From positions 3,904,001-3,968,000 of the forward strand of contig OZ241917.1 in NCBI GenBank assembly GCA_965203805.1: 64,000 bases of DNA, written 5' to 3'. The notes under the pieces are model-generated. The model saw only the letters and a list, made by a program, of their open reading frames with translations. It was not told the DNA's origin and did not search any database. Below, in pieces: positions 32,043 to 42,373 of the stretch (position 1 is its first letter; each line of letters opens with the position of its first letter). The stretch is from Candidatus Latescibacterota bacterium (GTDB lineage Bacteria; Latescibacterota; UBA2968; GCA-2709665). The position numbers and the translations under genes are program-made.

Positions 32043-32818
32043 ATGTCATTGCGAATAGTTCGTCACATCCAACGATACTGGAGAGGGTTACCTCCTACTG
32101 GTTTTGCGTTTATATGCTTCGGGTTCTATGTACCAATGCCGCTCGAAGCCACAACACAGCAATACGCCAATGAGCTATATGAAACTGCGGTAGAGCAGGC
32201 CGGTCGCGTCACCGTCGAGCAGAGCCTGGAGGCTTTCCAGCGAGTATTGAATTCGGACCGGGACTTTGCGCCGGCCCACTACGAAATCGCAATGCTTTAT
32301 ATGTCCCTTGACACGCCCCTGGATCGCCAGAGCGCACGCAGGTCGCTGGATGATGCGATTCGGCTGGAGCCGGGCAACGGGGATTATCAACTGATGCTCG
32401 GTGAGTTGCTCGGCAAGCAGGGACTCTGGCCAAATGCCGAAGGGCATTATGAGAAGATATACGAGAACTTTCCTGAACATCGCGCCCAAGCAGCTTACAT
32501 GGTTGGATTTTTTCCGTGCAAGCTTTCCTGAAGTATCTTGAGATGGAGCCTGTAGAAATCGTCGCAGGTGGAGTAGGGTCGCCAACGTACCGCCATGTCC
32601 GCTGGGAAGAACACGGAACGCGGGATAGAGATAAAGCACTGGCATTCCTGATAAAAAGCATCGAGGTCGATCCTGAAAATCGAGACGCGCATTACGACTT
32701 GGGACTGATACACTATGAGAGCGAGAATCCGAGGGGGTTGGTATTGGCATCAAAGCCGTGCCTGGATCAGTTTCCCGAGGACAAGGACGCGTAGCTCAAT
32801 TGTGGGTTGGGGTACCAA
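32043..32818 (+). pseudogene. Truncated GWxTD-family array copy 5 (signal + TPR part only)
   Basis: The 5' end is near-identical to copy 3. T6 at 32508-32513 (T7 in copies 2 and 4) shifts the frame, and TTG has become TAG at 32792. Homology ends after CGLGYQ at about 32818. Confidence 0.85.
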
Positions 32819-32889
32819 TGCAAACTCGACTTCCGGTTCAGGATAGCAATGGTCCGATTTGCATTTTTGAATGGCAGGAAGGTAACGTC

Positions 32890-35800
32890 ATGCGGTTGAT
32901 CATTTGGAGTATTCTCGTATTCGCATTCTGCATTCTGGCAACCCCCTGTCTTGTCGAAGCGTCGGACCGTGATTATCTCACGGTAACGTCAGTGGCCGGG
33001 GATCAAGCAATTGCAGTCCAACGTGGCAAGGGTGCCACTTCCGTCACTGAAATCTGGATTGTCTCGTTTGAGGACACCCAACCCAGGAGGATCAAAACCT
33101 ACCTTGGAGAACTGGGCGATCTCTTTTTTGATCCAGCTGGCGATACCTTAATTTATCTGGAACGAAGCCTGCGACATCACGCCTGGGCATCCTATTACTA
33201 TGGTGGGCTGTCTCTTCCGATTGCAAGGAACACGGTGTGGAAGTTGAGCTTGCACGGCGGCGAAGAGGAAGAGTGGCCCCTTCCGAAGGATCTTCAACCT
33301 CTCCAATTCGGGCTTTCTCCTGATGGACGGTCATTGGCGGTCATTGGTTATCGACGCAGTGCTTTCGAGCGCACAAGACACGGCCTCTGGACAGTCGACA
33401 GACGGGGAGACATCAGGCTTTTGTTTGCTGGTAACGTAAGTGGGCCTGTCGATTGGTCAGATGATGGAAAAACTGTTTCATGCGGTGTCAAGGACGACGG
33501 GGAGGCGATCCGTGTTCACGTGGAGACGGGCGAAACTGTTCCGTCGATTCCGAAGGAAGGAATTCCTGCGAACGGAAGACAAGATCGAGATTCCTTGTCC
33601 AGGGCGAGGCCCACGAACGCTTTGCGTCAGTCCGATTCGTCAGATATCCCCCTACGTTTGATCAGTTCCGGCCTGAACCTATACATACGCGGCAGAAATG
33701 CCCTCCACAGAGGAAACGAAGACAATGCGAAAGAACTGTTCGAGCATGCCAGACGCGAATTCAAGAGACTCTACGATCAGGCCGCGACGTACGGATTGTC
33801 GAGGAATAGTTGCGCAAGATATATCAAAGCTTGTGAGATTTGGATCAAAGCAGACGCCAGGAAGGCCGACAGACGCAACTGCCAGGAGCGCTTGACGGGG
33901 ATGCTCCGGCTGATGGACGAATTCAAGCGCGCCCGGAACAACAACGAACCCGCGGACCTTGCTGAATTGCATCAGTGGGCAACGCGGAGGATTGTTGCAG
34001 ACGCGCCGGCAGGAAAGGAACTGGATGACAGGAAAGCGATCCTTGGCGTGCTGTTCTCGTGCCCGTCAAACCGGGACTACACATTTCTCAGCGATTATCT
34101 GTATAAGCACCAGGGATTGCCAGGCGCGCCGGCCCTGGCCTGTTTATGGCACCGCGGCGAGCAGATCGACGGTGTCGCGGACCTCAAGGGCGGTCACACG
34201 GAAATTTCGCGCATACCCGCAGCACGGGTCGACAGCCTGGCATCCACCGGGCGCCGCGCCATGGACGCGAATGAGCTGGACCGGGCGCGCCTGATCTACC
34301 GGAACGTCGCGCGTCAACGGCCGAGGGATCCCGACGCGTTTATCCACCTGGGTCACATTCTTCTGAAATTGAGACGATTCGAGGAATCGAAGGACGCGTT
34401 TTACCGCGCCATGATCCTCGGCAGCAAAGCGCTGGCGCACCACGGCCTGGGTATGCTTTACGCGATGTGGCCGATGCAGCGGCATTTCGCGATTCACCAT
34501 TTTACCGAAGCGTTGATCAAGGACCGGGACTTCGTGGACGCGCGATATCGGATGGCCAAAGTTCGTTATGAGATGAAACAGCGTGACGCGGAGCTGGAGC
34601 TGAAACGGGTTCTGAAAATGGACCCCGGCCACGCGGACGCTTATCTGATGATTGCGGACTATTACCTGAACCTGTCCTGGGAATTCGAGAAGGCCGTCGT
34701 GTGGTATACGAAATACCTCGCGCTTCGCCCGGAAGACGCGGCCGCGCAGCGCCGGCTGGGCGTTGCGTACCTGAAGGTGAGGGACTATTCGAAGATTATG
34801 GGCCACCTGCTGGACTTTGTCAGGAAACATCCGGAGTCCATCGAACTGATGCCGATCGTCGCTATTTCTGCCATCGAACAGGACAGTCTGGATATGGCAA
34901 TGAGGTTTTTCGAAGGCTACGTTGCCAGGGTTTCGCCCGATGTACGGCGTCGGTACGAAGATATATCACTCGTTGCTTCCAGGGATGAACTCAGGACCCT
35001 TGACGAAGCCGCGAATGCCCATCGCGAGACGTATTTGAGTCGTTTCTGGAATGGAAAGGACCCGGACCTGTCCACGTCCGTGAACGAGCGTCTGCTGGAA
35101 CACTACCGACGGGTCTGGTACGCGCTGACGGATTTTTCGGAGGGCAGGCAACCATGGGACGCGAGGGGCGAGGTCTACATTCGATTCGGGGAACCCGACC
35201 ACCGGTCCAGGTCGGACGACCCAAACTTCAGACAGAGCCTGGCGGTGCAGCGGGTCAAGGAGCGCCTTGCAATCAACATTTACAAGGGCGACGTACGGGC
35301 GCATACGTTCGTGGGTCCTGTTTATCCCATCCGCAGCATCAAACAGCTGGACGGCGCGTGGTACGACCTGAAGGACATCGGAATTGGAAACCCGAACGCA
35401 TCGGCGCGTGAACCGGGGGACGACGAGACTGGCACCCCCGACGACATGGGAAGAAGCTCTTCGGGTGATGAAGGAGTCACAGAGTCGTCGCCCGCACCAA
35501 ACGATACCGTCCGGTTCGGCATTTTGTCCTTGGACGAGCGCTTGGGATTCGGCGACTATCACCCGGTTACAGCTGGTGATGATCCGAGTACAGTGCCTTG
35601 GGAAACGTGGGTTTACACCGATGTGGCAGGCGGAGTTGAAATCACCTTTACCGACGAAATCGGTTCCGGGACCTACGATTACGCGCCCATGCCGCCCAAC
35701 CAGGGTGACATAGAGATCCGCCAGACCACTGCATTGAGAAGCCACTCACCAAGAGAGATCTACAAGAGAGCGGCACGTATAGCACCCAATTACTATCCGG

Positions 35801-36636
35801 CGGAATACGAGAATTCGCATCTTGACTTCCACTATTCACTGGCCGACTTCCGAGGTGAGGGCGACAAGAGCCTTCTCGAAATCTACTACGGCGTCCCGAT
35901 TTCCCCGGCCCACTACCAGGCGGACGAGGACGTCACGCGCCTGGTTCTGACGCACCACGCAGCACTGATTTCATCCGCGCTGGACACGGTCTATCGGAAG
36001 ACAAATGAGATTGACTACAAGGCTGAGGGTAATCAGGCCGGTGAAGGTCAGCTGGTGCCTGACGTGCTGAAATTGAACCTGCCGCCCGGCGCTTATCGTT
36101 TAGAGGTAAAGTCGCAGGATCGCGCAAAAGGGAGAATGGGCATCTATCAGCAACAGGTCGTGGTGGAGCCCTATGGCGGGGATGGATTGCAGATCAGCGA
36201 CCTGGAATTGGCCTGGAGGATTACTGCCGAAAAGTCGGAGGGCAGATTCGCCAAGGGAGATCTGCAAGTAATACCAATGCCTTCCCGGACATACCGGAAA
36301 GGCCAAAGCGTTTTTGTTTACTACGAGGTTTACAACCTGAAAAAAGACGAATTCGGACAGACGAACTACAATGTCTCCTATACGATCACATCCAGTGACG
36401 CACCTCAACAGGCGAGCAATATCTCTCGTCTGTTCAGATGGGGAACGGGCACGAGGGAAGAATTGGCCGTTTCGTACGAACAACTGGGTGACGCTGCTCG
36501 AGAAGTGGAATACGTGGAACTGGCGCTGGACGATCAGGTTCCAGGCCGATATTCATTGAAGGTTTCGATAAACGACAGGAACAGCGGCACTTCGGTGGAG
36601 AAAGACGCGGTCTTTGTCATTGCTCGAAAGGATTGA
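32890..36636 (+). CDS. Large GWxTD-like protein: signal + TolB-like propeller + Cys/His pilin-like domain + TPR + PWDARG core
   Basis: MRLIIWS signal; LSPDGRSLAV and WSDDGK blades; C..CP..CLWH; FWNGKDP...NERLLEHYRRV...PWDARGEVYIRFGEPD. Confidence 0.85.
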   Translation: MRLIIWSILVFAFCILATPCLVEASDRDYLTVTSVAGDQAIAVQRGKGATSVTEIWIVSFEDTQPRRIKTYLGELGDLFFDPAGDTLIYLERSLRHHAWASYYYGGLSLPIARNTVWKLSLHGGEEEEWPLPKDLQPLQFGLSPDGRSLAVIGYRRSAFERTRHGLWTVDRRGDIRLLFAGNVSGPVDWSDDGKTVSCGVKDDGEAIRVHVETGETVPSIPKEGIPANGRQDRDSLSRARPTNALRQSDSSDIPLRLISSGLNLYIRGRNALHRGNEDNAKELFEHARREFKRLYDQAATYGLSRNSCARYIKACEIWIKADARKADRRNCQERLTGMLRLMDEFKRARNNNEPADLAELHQWATRRIVADAPAGKELDDRKAILGVLFSCPSNRDYTFLSDYLYKHQGLPGAPALACLWHRGEQIDGVADLKGGHTEISRIPAARVDSLASTGRRAMDANELDRARLIYRNVARQRPRDPDAFIHLGHILLKLRRFEESKDAFYRAMILGSKALAHHGLGMLYAMWPMQRHFAIHHFTEALIKDRDFVDARYRMAKVRYEMKQRDAELELKRVLKMDPGHADAYLMIADYYLNLSWEFEKAVVWYTKYLALRPEDAAAQRRLGVAYLKVRDYSKIMGHLLDFVRKHPESIELMPIVAISAIEQDSLDMAMRFFEGYVARVSPDVRRRYEDISLVASRDELRTLDEAANAHRETYLSRFWNGKDPDLSTSVNERLLEHYRRVWYALTDFSEGRQPWDARGEVYIRFGEPDHRSRSDDPNFRQSLAVQRVKERLAINIYKGDVRAHTFVGPVYPIRSIKQLDGAWYDLKDIGIGNPNASAREPGDDETGTPDDMGRSSSGDEGVTESSPAPNDTVRFGILSLDERLGFGDYHPVTAGDDPSTVPWETWVYTDVAGGVEITFTDEIGSGTYDYAPMPPNQGDIEIRQTTALRSHSPREIYKRAARIAPNYYPAEYENSHLDFHYSLADFRGEGDKSLLEIYYGVPISPAHYQADEDVTRLVLTHHAALISSALDTVYRKTNEIDYKAEGNQAGEGQLVPDVLKLNLPPGAYRLEVKSQDRAKGRMGIYQQQVVVEPYGGDGLQISDLELAWRITAEKSEGRFAKGDLQVIPMPSRTYRKGQSVFVYYEVYNLKKDEFGQTNYNVSYTITSSDAPQQASNISRLFRWGTGTREELAVSYEQLGDAAREVEYVELALDDQVPGRYSLKVSINDRNSGTSVEKDAVFVIARKD

Positions 36637-36978
36637 CATCCGAACACTTCGGGTATCCTGAATACAAAGTGAACCAGCCTGGATTTACTTGATTTACCTC
36701 AGATACGATATAGAGATGTTCACAAGTTCGATCATGAATGATAGCATCTGACAAGCTGATCGTTACCGTGAAGGATCTCTATACGGGGAAAATCGCGAAA
36801 CGGCACGTGGTGTTCCGGGTCGTGGCGTGAAATCGAAAAACCCCCGGCAGCGAGGCTCGAGCGGTAACGTGATCTTCGCATGCGTTGGAGGGCAAAGGAC
36901 CCCAAGCCAACCAACAACCGTCAATCGACACGGAAAAGCACGCCTTTGCTCTGTACAGGTTAGGGGTGGGAAACCTCT

Positions 36979-39483
36979 ATGATTCGGATTCTTTATCACT
37001 CAGTTCTGGTTGCCGGCATTGGATGGGTTTGTCATGGAGACGTCGTAGCGACGGAATTATCCCGACAGACCGAAGTTCGGGTGAATCGGCTGTATGATGC
37101 CGGAATGGAACTGTTGAAGCAGGGCCGCCTGGTCGAGTCGGGAAAACAGTTTCGAAATGCAATTGAAATTAACGGGAAACATGTGCCCTCTTTTGTCGGC
37201 TTGGGTCACGTATACTTGAGGCAAGATAGTCTGAAGGCTGCCGAGCACGCCTTTATGAATGCCCGACATGTAGATGAAGAGTATGCGCCGGCCTATAACG
37301 GGTTGGGTTTGGTCTACTGGAAGAAGAAGACGGGACGCCTGTGGGCTATTCAATATTTCCGCACTGCGTACCAGCTCGATCGCGGTTATTCGGAGGCCTA
37401 TTACAATGCGGCTGAGGTCTACCGCGAGTTGGGCGATACGAAAGAGTTGGATACGTACGAGAGATTGGTGGACGCATCTCCCGGGCATCATGACGCCTGG
37501 TTCCGCATAGGGGAGATCCATCGAACGGGCGGAGCAGGACGGTATCCGAACTTGCTTGAAGCCGAAACAGCCTATCGAAAACAGCTTGATTCGAACACCG
37601 GCCACCGTGAGGCAAGGATCGGTCTGGCCGACGTGCTTGCCGGGCGAGGCGAAACCGATGAAGCGCTGGCCTTGTTGGAGGCGTTTGAAGATACCTCGGG
37701 CGTGCAAAGTCGTGAAGTTCTGTTACAACAGGCCAGGATTCATCAAATTCGCCGGGAGCCGGACAGGGCTGAGGCGCGTTATGAGAAATACATCGAATCG
37801 TTGGATCCGGAGGAGCAACTGTGTTATTTCGATCTCAGCCTCGTGGCGGCCGGTGCGGACCTGGAACGGTTCAGGTCGGCGCCGAAGTCGGAATGGAGGG
37901 AACTGTCGAACAGGTTCTGGGCGGGCAAGGACCCGGCGCCGGTGACGGCGGCGAACGAACGCCGTAACGAACACTTCCGGCGTGTTGCATTCTCCCGGGC
38001 GTCCTACGGCCAACACGCATTTCCATGGGATGTGCGAGGGGAAGTCTACGTCCGGTACGGGGAACCGGATCATGTCAGCAAGTCCGCTGATATCCAATTC
38101 GAGACGGCGCCCAGGGTCGTGGCGGTAAAGGAGCGCCTCGTCAATCAGGCCGGTGATGCTGTTTTTGCGTTAACGAAGAGCAGGGATGACGAGATGCTGG
38201 AATATATCGTCACGGAAACGATAAGTTACGCTGACCAGGACCGGGAGATTCAGATTGGACCGATGAGTTCCAGGCAGAGAGAGATCGCGGAGACCGGCAA
38301 TAGCCGCACTTATACTGCTTTAGATGACGACCCGATGGCAAAGATGCGAAAGAGCGGAATTAAACGCGACAAATTCGGAAGTCTTCAGGTGTCGTCGGCC
38401 AGTATTCTCGGATGGCCTGTACACCCCGTACCGGGCAAGGTCTGGGAGTACTGGATCTACACCGACGTTGGCCCGGGCGTTGAGATCACGTTTGTGCAGT
38501 CGTACCATCCCGGACCCTATACCTATGCGGATATGCCTCACGGGATTGGCGAGGGCGGCGGCAGCGTCTCTCGATCCTGGCGCGAGATGAATCCAGCGGT
38601 TGTGGTGAACAGGGCAATTGCGAAAACTCCTGAGGTGTACAGGCAGGATTTCGCAACCGCCCCACTGGATTTCTTCTATGATTCTGCGCGATTCAAGAGA
38701 GACGACCGTTCCGTAAATCTGGAGGTGTACTATGGTGTTCCAACGGGAGACATTGCCTACGAAGCGGGCGAGGATGGCCGGCGAACCGCGCGTTTGAGAC
38801 GGGGCGTCGCGTTGTTCGACGAGGCCGGGCGTCAGGTATACAGGTCCGATGATGACATGGAACTCTACGCAAGCGGGGACCCGGACACAATGGGCAAAGC
38901 TTTCGTGCCTTTTATGGACCGGATTTCGACCGCGCCGGGCAGATACCGGATGGCCGTTCAAATCTTGGATGTCTCGTCAGGAAAGTCACAGGTGTACAAT
39001 CAGCGGGTAGCAATCACCGCATACGGCGACAGCTATCTGCGCATCAGCGACATACAGTTGTCCGCCTTCATCCGCTCCGGAAGTGAGGGCAGGTTCCAGA
39101 AGGGTGATATCGACGTCGTGCCGAACCCGAGCCAGGCCTACATTTCCGGTCAACCAGTACATATCTACTATGAAATGTACAATCTGAAGAAGGATGAATT
39201 CGGCGTGGTACGTTATCGTGTTTCCTTTCAGGTCGAATCGATAGAGCAAAAGTCCATCGCCGTTCGAATTCTGGGAGGGATCGGCAAGTTGCTCGGCGGA
39301 AGGGAGGAGCGTGAGTCGATCACAGTCGATTACGAACATGTCGGACACCGTTCGGATGATCCTGGGTACCTGGAACTCGACATGACCAAGAGCGAACCGG
39401 GGAGGTACGTGCTGAGGATTAATGTAACGGACATGAATTCACGCCATGAAGCGGTCGCTTCCAAGCTCTTTACAATCAGGTAG
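36979..39483 (+). CDS. TPR + GWxTD-like domain protein, close paralog of 2861-5362
   Basis: Long stretches of near-identical protein and DNA shared with 2861-5362; PWDVRGEVYVRYGEPD. Confidence 0.88.
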   Translation: MIRILYHSVLVAGIGWVCHGDVVATELSRQTEVRVNRLYDAGMELLKQGRLVESGKQFRNAIEINGKHVPSFVGLGHVYLRQDSLKAAEHAFMNARHVDEEYAPAYNGLGLVYWKKKTGRLWAIQYFRTAYQLDRGYSEAYYNAAEVYRELGDTKELDTYERLVDASPGHHDAWFRIGEIHRTGGAGRYPNLLEAETAYRKQLDSNTGHREARIGLADVLAGRGETDEALALLEAFEDTSGVQSREVLLQQARIHQIRREPDRAEARYEKYIESLDPEEQLCYFDLSLVAAGADLERFRSAPKSEWRELSNRFWAGKDPAPVTAANERRNEHFRRVAFSRASYGQHAFPWDVRGEVYVRYGEPDHVSKSADIQFETAPRVVAVKERLVNQAGDAVFALTKSRDDEMLEYIVTETISYADQDREIQIGPMSSRQREIAETGNSRTYTALDDDPMAKMRKSGIKRDKFGSLQVSSASILGWPVHPVPGKVWEYWIYTDVGPGVEITFVQSYHPGPYTYADMPHGIGEGGGSVSRSWREMNPAVVVNRAIAKTPEVYRQDFATAPLDFFYDSARFKRDDRSVNLEVYYGVPTGDIAYEAGEDGRRTARLRRGVALFDEAGRQVYRSDDDMELYASGDPDTMGKAFVPFMDRISTAPGRYRMAVQILDVSSGKSQVYNQRVAITAYGDSYLRISDIQLSAFIRSGSEGRFQKGDIDVVPNPSQAYISGQPVHIYYEMYNLKKDEFGVVRYRVSFQVESIEQKSIAVRILGGIGKLLGGREERESITVDYEHVGHRSDDPGYLELDMTKSEPGRYVLRINVTDMNSRHEAVASKLFTIR

Positions 39484-39938
39484 CAGACCGGAGCTAGAAG
39501 ATATCGAACCATTCTACCGCCGATTCATCCCGTCTCACAGCGTTGCCCACCCTCGCCGACGTTGCCTAAACCGCCTCGGTCAGGCGCATTTGCGAACCGG
39601 GCGACTCGTCAGCTGAATTCAAGCTACGTATTTCCGGGTCAGAACACTCGGAATATCACCCTCTATGTGCATTCTCAATTGTGGAACCGCTCCATCAACT
39701 TCCGCCATTTTGAAATATCGTCCCGATCTGTTGGAGTCCCTTTCCGTCGTCCCGTTCCTTTGGCAGGCTAGTACATCGAACCCAAACGACGTTATTTGAA
39801 ACTCTGCTGGTATTTCAATACAACATAATTTATGAAAATATCAGTCGCAATGCTGCTTTCGATTTCGGTCTGTCTGTCGGTCGAAATGTAAACGGTGCGA
39901 CCATCACATAACTAAACAAAGCGGCTCAAGGGAGCACG

Positions 39939-40988
39939 ATGCGACGATATATCCTTTTTGTAATGTGTGCAATTGGCGCACTGCTGGCTTTTTGTCAAGA
40001 TTCGTTCGCACAACCCGCCGGCAATGCCGATTTCGACGGCAATGGCATCGTGGATTTCGGGGACTTCATTCTCTTCGCCCAGGCCTTCGGGTCGAATCAA
40101 TCTCAATTCGACCTCGACGGCAACAATAACGTGGATTTCCCGGATTTCATCCTCTTCGCGAGCCGGTTTGGGGAAGGTATGCCTGAAGAGAAGATTACCG
40201 TTACGCTTCCGGGAGGCGAAAAGCTGGAGATGGTCTGGATCCAAGCGGGCAGGTTCCTGATGGGATCGCCCGTTTCAGAACCCGGGCGCAGGGATGACGA
40301 AGGTCCCCGGCATGAAGTCACAATCACACAGGGATTCTACCTCGGAAAATACGAAGTCACCCAGGCGCAGTGGCAGAGCGTGATGAATACGCGTCCGTGG
40401 GAGCGATTGGGAGCAACCGATGAACTTGAGAAGGCAAAATACCCGGCTCGCAGCGCACGTTGGGAGTGGATACAGTCATTCATTCGGAGATTAAACCAGG
40501 CGGAAGGACGGGATATTTTCCGGTTGCCGACGGAGGCGGAGTGGGAATACGCGTGCAGGGCAGGCACTACGACACCGTGGTTTTTCGGAGCCGACTCGAG
40601 CCGTATCGGCGATTATGCCCGCTATCGTGAGAACTCTCGGACGGCGACGGTGATGCCCGACGGCCGCACTGTCTATGGAAGCCGGGAGCCTCAGGAGACG
40701 GGAGGCGTATTGCCGAATCCGTGGGGCCTATACGATATGTATGGAAATGTTATGGAATGGGTTCAGGATTACTGGGCACCGTATTCAGGAGAGGCACAGA
40801 TCGATCCCAAAGGGCCGCACGAGCCTGCCGAGTTTGACAATGTCAATGCGGGATGGCAGGGGTCATTCCATGTTGCCAGAGGGGGCTATTTTTTCGACAC
40901 CGCTCTCAGAATGCGGTCGGCGATGCGTGTTCGCGGTGCGGGTGCGAGTCACCGAATTGGGTTTCGTTTGCTGATGGAACATCGGTGA
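39939..40988 (+). CDS. Exported EF-hand/dockerin-like + FGE/SUMF1 domain protein (copy 1)
   Basis: Signal peptide; DFDGNGIVDFGDF/DLDGNNNVDFPDF; F.MGS, YEVTQ, RLPTEAEWEYACRAG, NPWGLYDM.GN, RGG..RSA.R..GFR. Confidence 0.9.
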   Translation: MRRYILFVMCAIGALLAFCQDSFAQPAGNADFDGNGIVDFGDFILFAQAFGSNQSQFDLDGNNNVDFPDFILFASRFGEGMPEEKITVTLPGGEKLEMVWIQAGRFLMGSPVSEPGRRDDEGPRHEVTITQGFYLGKYEVTQAQWQSVMNTRPWERLGATDELEKAKYPARSARWEWIQSFIRRLNQAEGRDIFRLPTEAEWEYACRAGTTTPWFFGADSSRIGDYARYRENSRTATVMPDGRTVYGSREPQETGGVLPNPWGLYDMYGNVMEWVQDYWAPYSGEAQIDPKGPHEPAEFDNVNAGWQGSFHVARGGYFFDTALRMRSAMRVRGAGASHRIGFRLLMEHR

Positions 40989-41058
40989 GTCGCCTGACGG
41001 CAAATCAGAATCAAAGGGGAGAGATCTTCATGTTCAGGTAAGGCGGTGGACATCGCCT

Positions 41059-41087
41059 TTTACGGGACTTGACTTATATCATATAAT
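41059..41087 (+). promoter_or_regulatory. Sigma70-like promoter TTTACG-N17-TATAAT
   Basis: Perfect -10 box with canonical spacing, about 125 bp upstream of FGE copy 2. Confidence 0.5.
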
Positions 41088-41212
41088 CATTCTTCTTATT
41101 CTTGGTGACGGATCTTGCTGGTTTCGACGTACCTGGGCTCTCTGAGATTCGAGTCCCTTCCCGGGATTCCCGTGCCTTTTCGCGTTAAGCGGTTTAAAGG
41201 AGCCGTGGAGAC

Positions 41213-42244
41213 ATGAGACGGAATACGTTCTCGCTGATATTCGCCGTTCTAGGTATGCTGAGCCTGAACCAGCTTGTGATGGCGCAGTCTCGCGATGCTG
41301 ATTTCGACGCCAACGGAATCGTGGACTTTGGGGATTTCATTTTGTTCGCGCAGGCTTTCGGGTCCGATCAATCCCAATTTGACCTCGACGGCAACGGAAG
41401 CGTGGACTTTCCGGATTTTATCCTTTTCGCGAAGCAATTCGGTGAGGGTCAGCCGGAAGAGGATATTACGGTGACGTTGCCCGGCGGCGCGAAGCTGGAG
41501 ATGGTCTGGATCCAGCCGGGACGCTTCCTGATGGGGTCGCCCGATTCTGAGCCCGACCGGGACGATCACGAGGGTCCCCGGCATGAAGTCACGATTACAA
41601 CGGGATTCTACATGGGCAAGCACGAAGTCACGCAGTCGCAATGGGAGAGCGTGATGAATACGCGTCCGTGGCTTATGGGAGTGGTTTCTCAGGTTCCCGG
41701 GAAAGAGAACTTTCCGGCGAATAGAATGCGCTGGCGCGAAATCGAGACATTCATTCGTGAATTGAACGAGGCCGAAGGATCGGATATTTTCCGGTTGCCC
41801 ACTGAGGCGGAGTGGGAATACGCATGCAGAGCAGGCACCAAGACCCCGTGGTCGTTCGGAAACGACACGACCCGTATCGCCGATTACGCGCGATATTTCG
41901 GGAACTCACGCGGTGCCACCATTCTGGACGACGGGCGAAGAGTCTTTGGACCTCCGGAGGTGCAGGAAACAGGGGGCGTTTTCCCGAACCCGTGGGGCCT
42001 ATATGATATGCACGGAAATGTACGGGAACTCGTGCAGGATTACTACGGTCCGTATTCGGAAGCGCCGCAGGTCGATCCCAAAGGGCCCGACGGACCCGCT
42101 GGAGGACGCACTTCGGATGGCAGCCGCGTTGTGAGAGGAGGATCGAGTTTCGACCGCCCCCCGTGGATTCGGTCGGCTGCCCGTTCGTTCGGGTGGGTGC
42201 CGGACGCATTCACCGGGTTTCGTTTGCTGATGGAACATCGATAG
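41213..42244 (+). CDS. Exported EF-hand/dockerin-like + FGE/SUMF1 domain protein (copy 2)
   Basis: Same motifs as copy 1; ends MEHR*. Confidence 0.9.
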   Translation: MRRNTFSLIFAVLGMLSLNQLVMAQSRDADFDANGIVDFGDFILFAQAFGSDQSQFDLDGNGSVDFPDFILFAKQFGEGQPEEDITVTLPGGAKLEMVWIQPGRFLMGSPDSEPDRDDHEGPRHEVTITTGFYMGKHEVTQSQWESVMNTRPWLMGVVSQVPGKENFPANRMRWREIETFIRELNEAEGSDIFRLPTEAEWEYACRAGTKTPWSFGNDTTRIADYARYFGNSRGATILDDGRRVFGPPEVQETGGVFPNPWGLYDMHGNVRELVQDYYGPYSEAPQVDPKGPDGPAGGRTSDGSRVVRGGSSFDRPPWIRSAARSFGWVPDAFTGFRLLMEHR

Positions 42245-42373
42245 ATCAAGCGACGAAAGATACGTGGTTTCTTCCCGGTTGTCTGCGACGTACCTGGGCT
42301 CTCCGAGATTCGAGTCCCTTCCCGGGATTCCCGTGCCTTTTCGCGTTAAGCGGTTTAAAGGAGCCGTGGAGAC
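42230..42373 (+). repeat. Conserved inter-copy spacer of the FGE array
   Basis: ATGGAACATCGATAGATCAAGCGACGAAAGATACG..CGACGTAC..GATTCGAGTCCC..GGAGCCGTGGA. Repeated at 43391-43533 and 44551-44693; its 3' part also at 41125-41212. Confidence 0.85.

Noticed and set aside
36732-36917. Minus-strand MRRSRYR... resembling the start of a RAYT transposase
   Set aside because: The similarity covers only a few residues, with no HUH motif or continuation.
42296-42325. tRNA suggested by the T-loop-like TTCGAGTCCC
   Set aside because: I could not build an acceptor stem, D arm or anticodon arm.
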